Positions 62,996 through 64,000 of a DNA stretch of 64,000 nt are shown here, piece after piece. The position numbers and the translations under genes were made by a program. Each line of letters begins with the position of its first letter. The first letter of the stretch is position 1. The notes beneath the pieces are model-generated. The model ran no database searches, had not been told where the DNA came from, and worked only from the letters and a program-made list of their open reading frames with translations. The DNA comes from Owenia fusiformis (lineage: Eukaryota): positions 34,720,001-34,784,000 of the forward strand of contig CAIIXF020000001.1 in the NCBI GenBank assembly GCA_903813345.2. Reading direction: 5' to 3'.

Positions 62996-63473
62996 TATTA
63001 CTTATCTTGATTTCTATTATGACTGCCTTGTACCTAAGAGAAAGCCACATGCTTTGACCCAATGTTTATGTCAGTAAAATTTGACCAATCAACGAAGGCC
63101 CTGCTGCGTTAGCTTATTATTATGCACGGTCAAAAACAAGTACACTTCAGCTTTTCACCGGGACTTTTCACGAACAAATCTTGCACGAATTCATCATGAA
63201 AATACAAATATTTTATCAGATAAATATCAATCAGAGTTTAGTGGATGCCGGAGAATCGATCGGATAACCAGAGGTGAGAAGATTTCAACAATAGAGTAAA
63301 TCGACGACTACATGGCCCGCTACATGGACTAGGTCTTTGTGCATTTTCATCGCGAAATCAGTTTTAAATCAACATTGAATCGCATGATTTAATTTATATT
63401 AATGACTCTTACATTCCAATGTACATTTATTTACATAATATATTGTAACTCTAAAGAAACACTCGATCAAATC

Positions 63474-64000
63474 ATTATCCCATCGAACGAAGTTCGGAGG
63501 GATATAGGGAACGCCTCCGTCCGTCCGTCCGTACGTACGTCCGTCCGTCCGTACGTACGTCCGTCCGTCCGTCCGTACGTACGTACGTCCGTCCGTCCGT
63601 ACGTACGTACGTCCGTCCGTCCGTACGTACGTCCGTCCGTCCATCCGGGCAATAACTCAAATACCGTTGGCCCGATTTTGTTCATATTTTGTACACATAT
63701 ACCCTATGGGGGTAGAAGTTCTGCTCGAAAGCCAATTTTCAAAATGGCCACTCATTTCAAAATGGCGGCCATTTTAGTGCCGAATTTACAGTAATTTAGG
63801 TGCAATATGTAAAACTGTAATAGCAATATGTTTTAGATGTAAAAAAATTATATAGGTCATTAATAAAGCTAGAAATGTAGATATTAAAGAAGCACATGGC
63901 AGCCATCTTGAAAAATGGCGGCCTTTACTCGTTATTTTACGATTTTTGCTGTAACTCGAAAAGTAGTGGAGCGATTTTGTTCATATTTGGTATGTGAATA
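63474..64000 (+). mobile_element. Helentron-like family D, 5' part (runs off the window)
   Basis: TTATCCCATCGAACGAAGTTCGGAGGGATATA, (CGTC/CGTA)n tract; reverse complement of 54100-54572. Confidence 0.85.

Noticed and set aside
60751..64000. FAM91A1 exon 1 (MNxDVEFHIRxNYPW-like)
   Set aside because: No matching segment found by eye; probably right of the window.

Overview
AT-rich eukaryotic DNA, probably from a marine invertebrate (inferred from the genes and repeat types). Two conserved genes converge tail-to-tail. The last three exons of a HECTD3-like E3 ligase lie on + (6055-10646). Fifteen exons of FAM91A1 lie on - (60750 to 15924); they splice in phase into 811 codons plus stop, and exon 1 was not found. 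A nested antisense gene (-, 2970-1577) encodes a signal peptide, a coiled coil and about 122 Gly-X-Y triplets, and carries two 1-bp frameshifts. The introns are dense with nested mobile elements. At least six families of Helentron-like (HINE/DINE-1/pearl-type) non-autonomous elements are present. Four of these carry internal satellite arrays sharing a YY1-like AAAATGGC motif, and most copies lie in the same orientation as their host gene. Also present are Tc1/mariner/pogo, hAT-, Academ-, Kolobok-, Harbinger- and Transib-like TIR elements, a CAC-ended TIR element with a C2H2 zinc-finger remnant, an L1/Tx1 LINE fragment and minisatellites. No rRNA, tRNA or CRISPR array was seen. Family assignments come from termini, TSDs and remembered protein similarity, not database searches.
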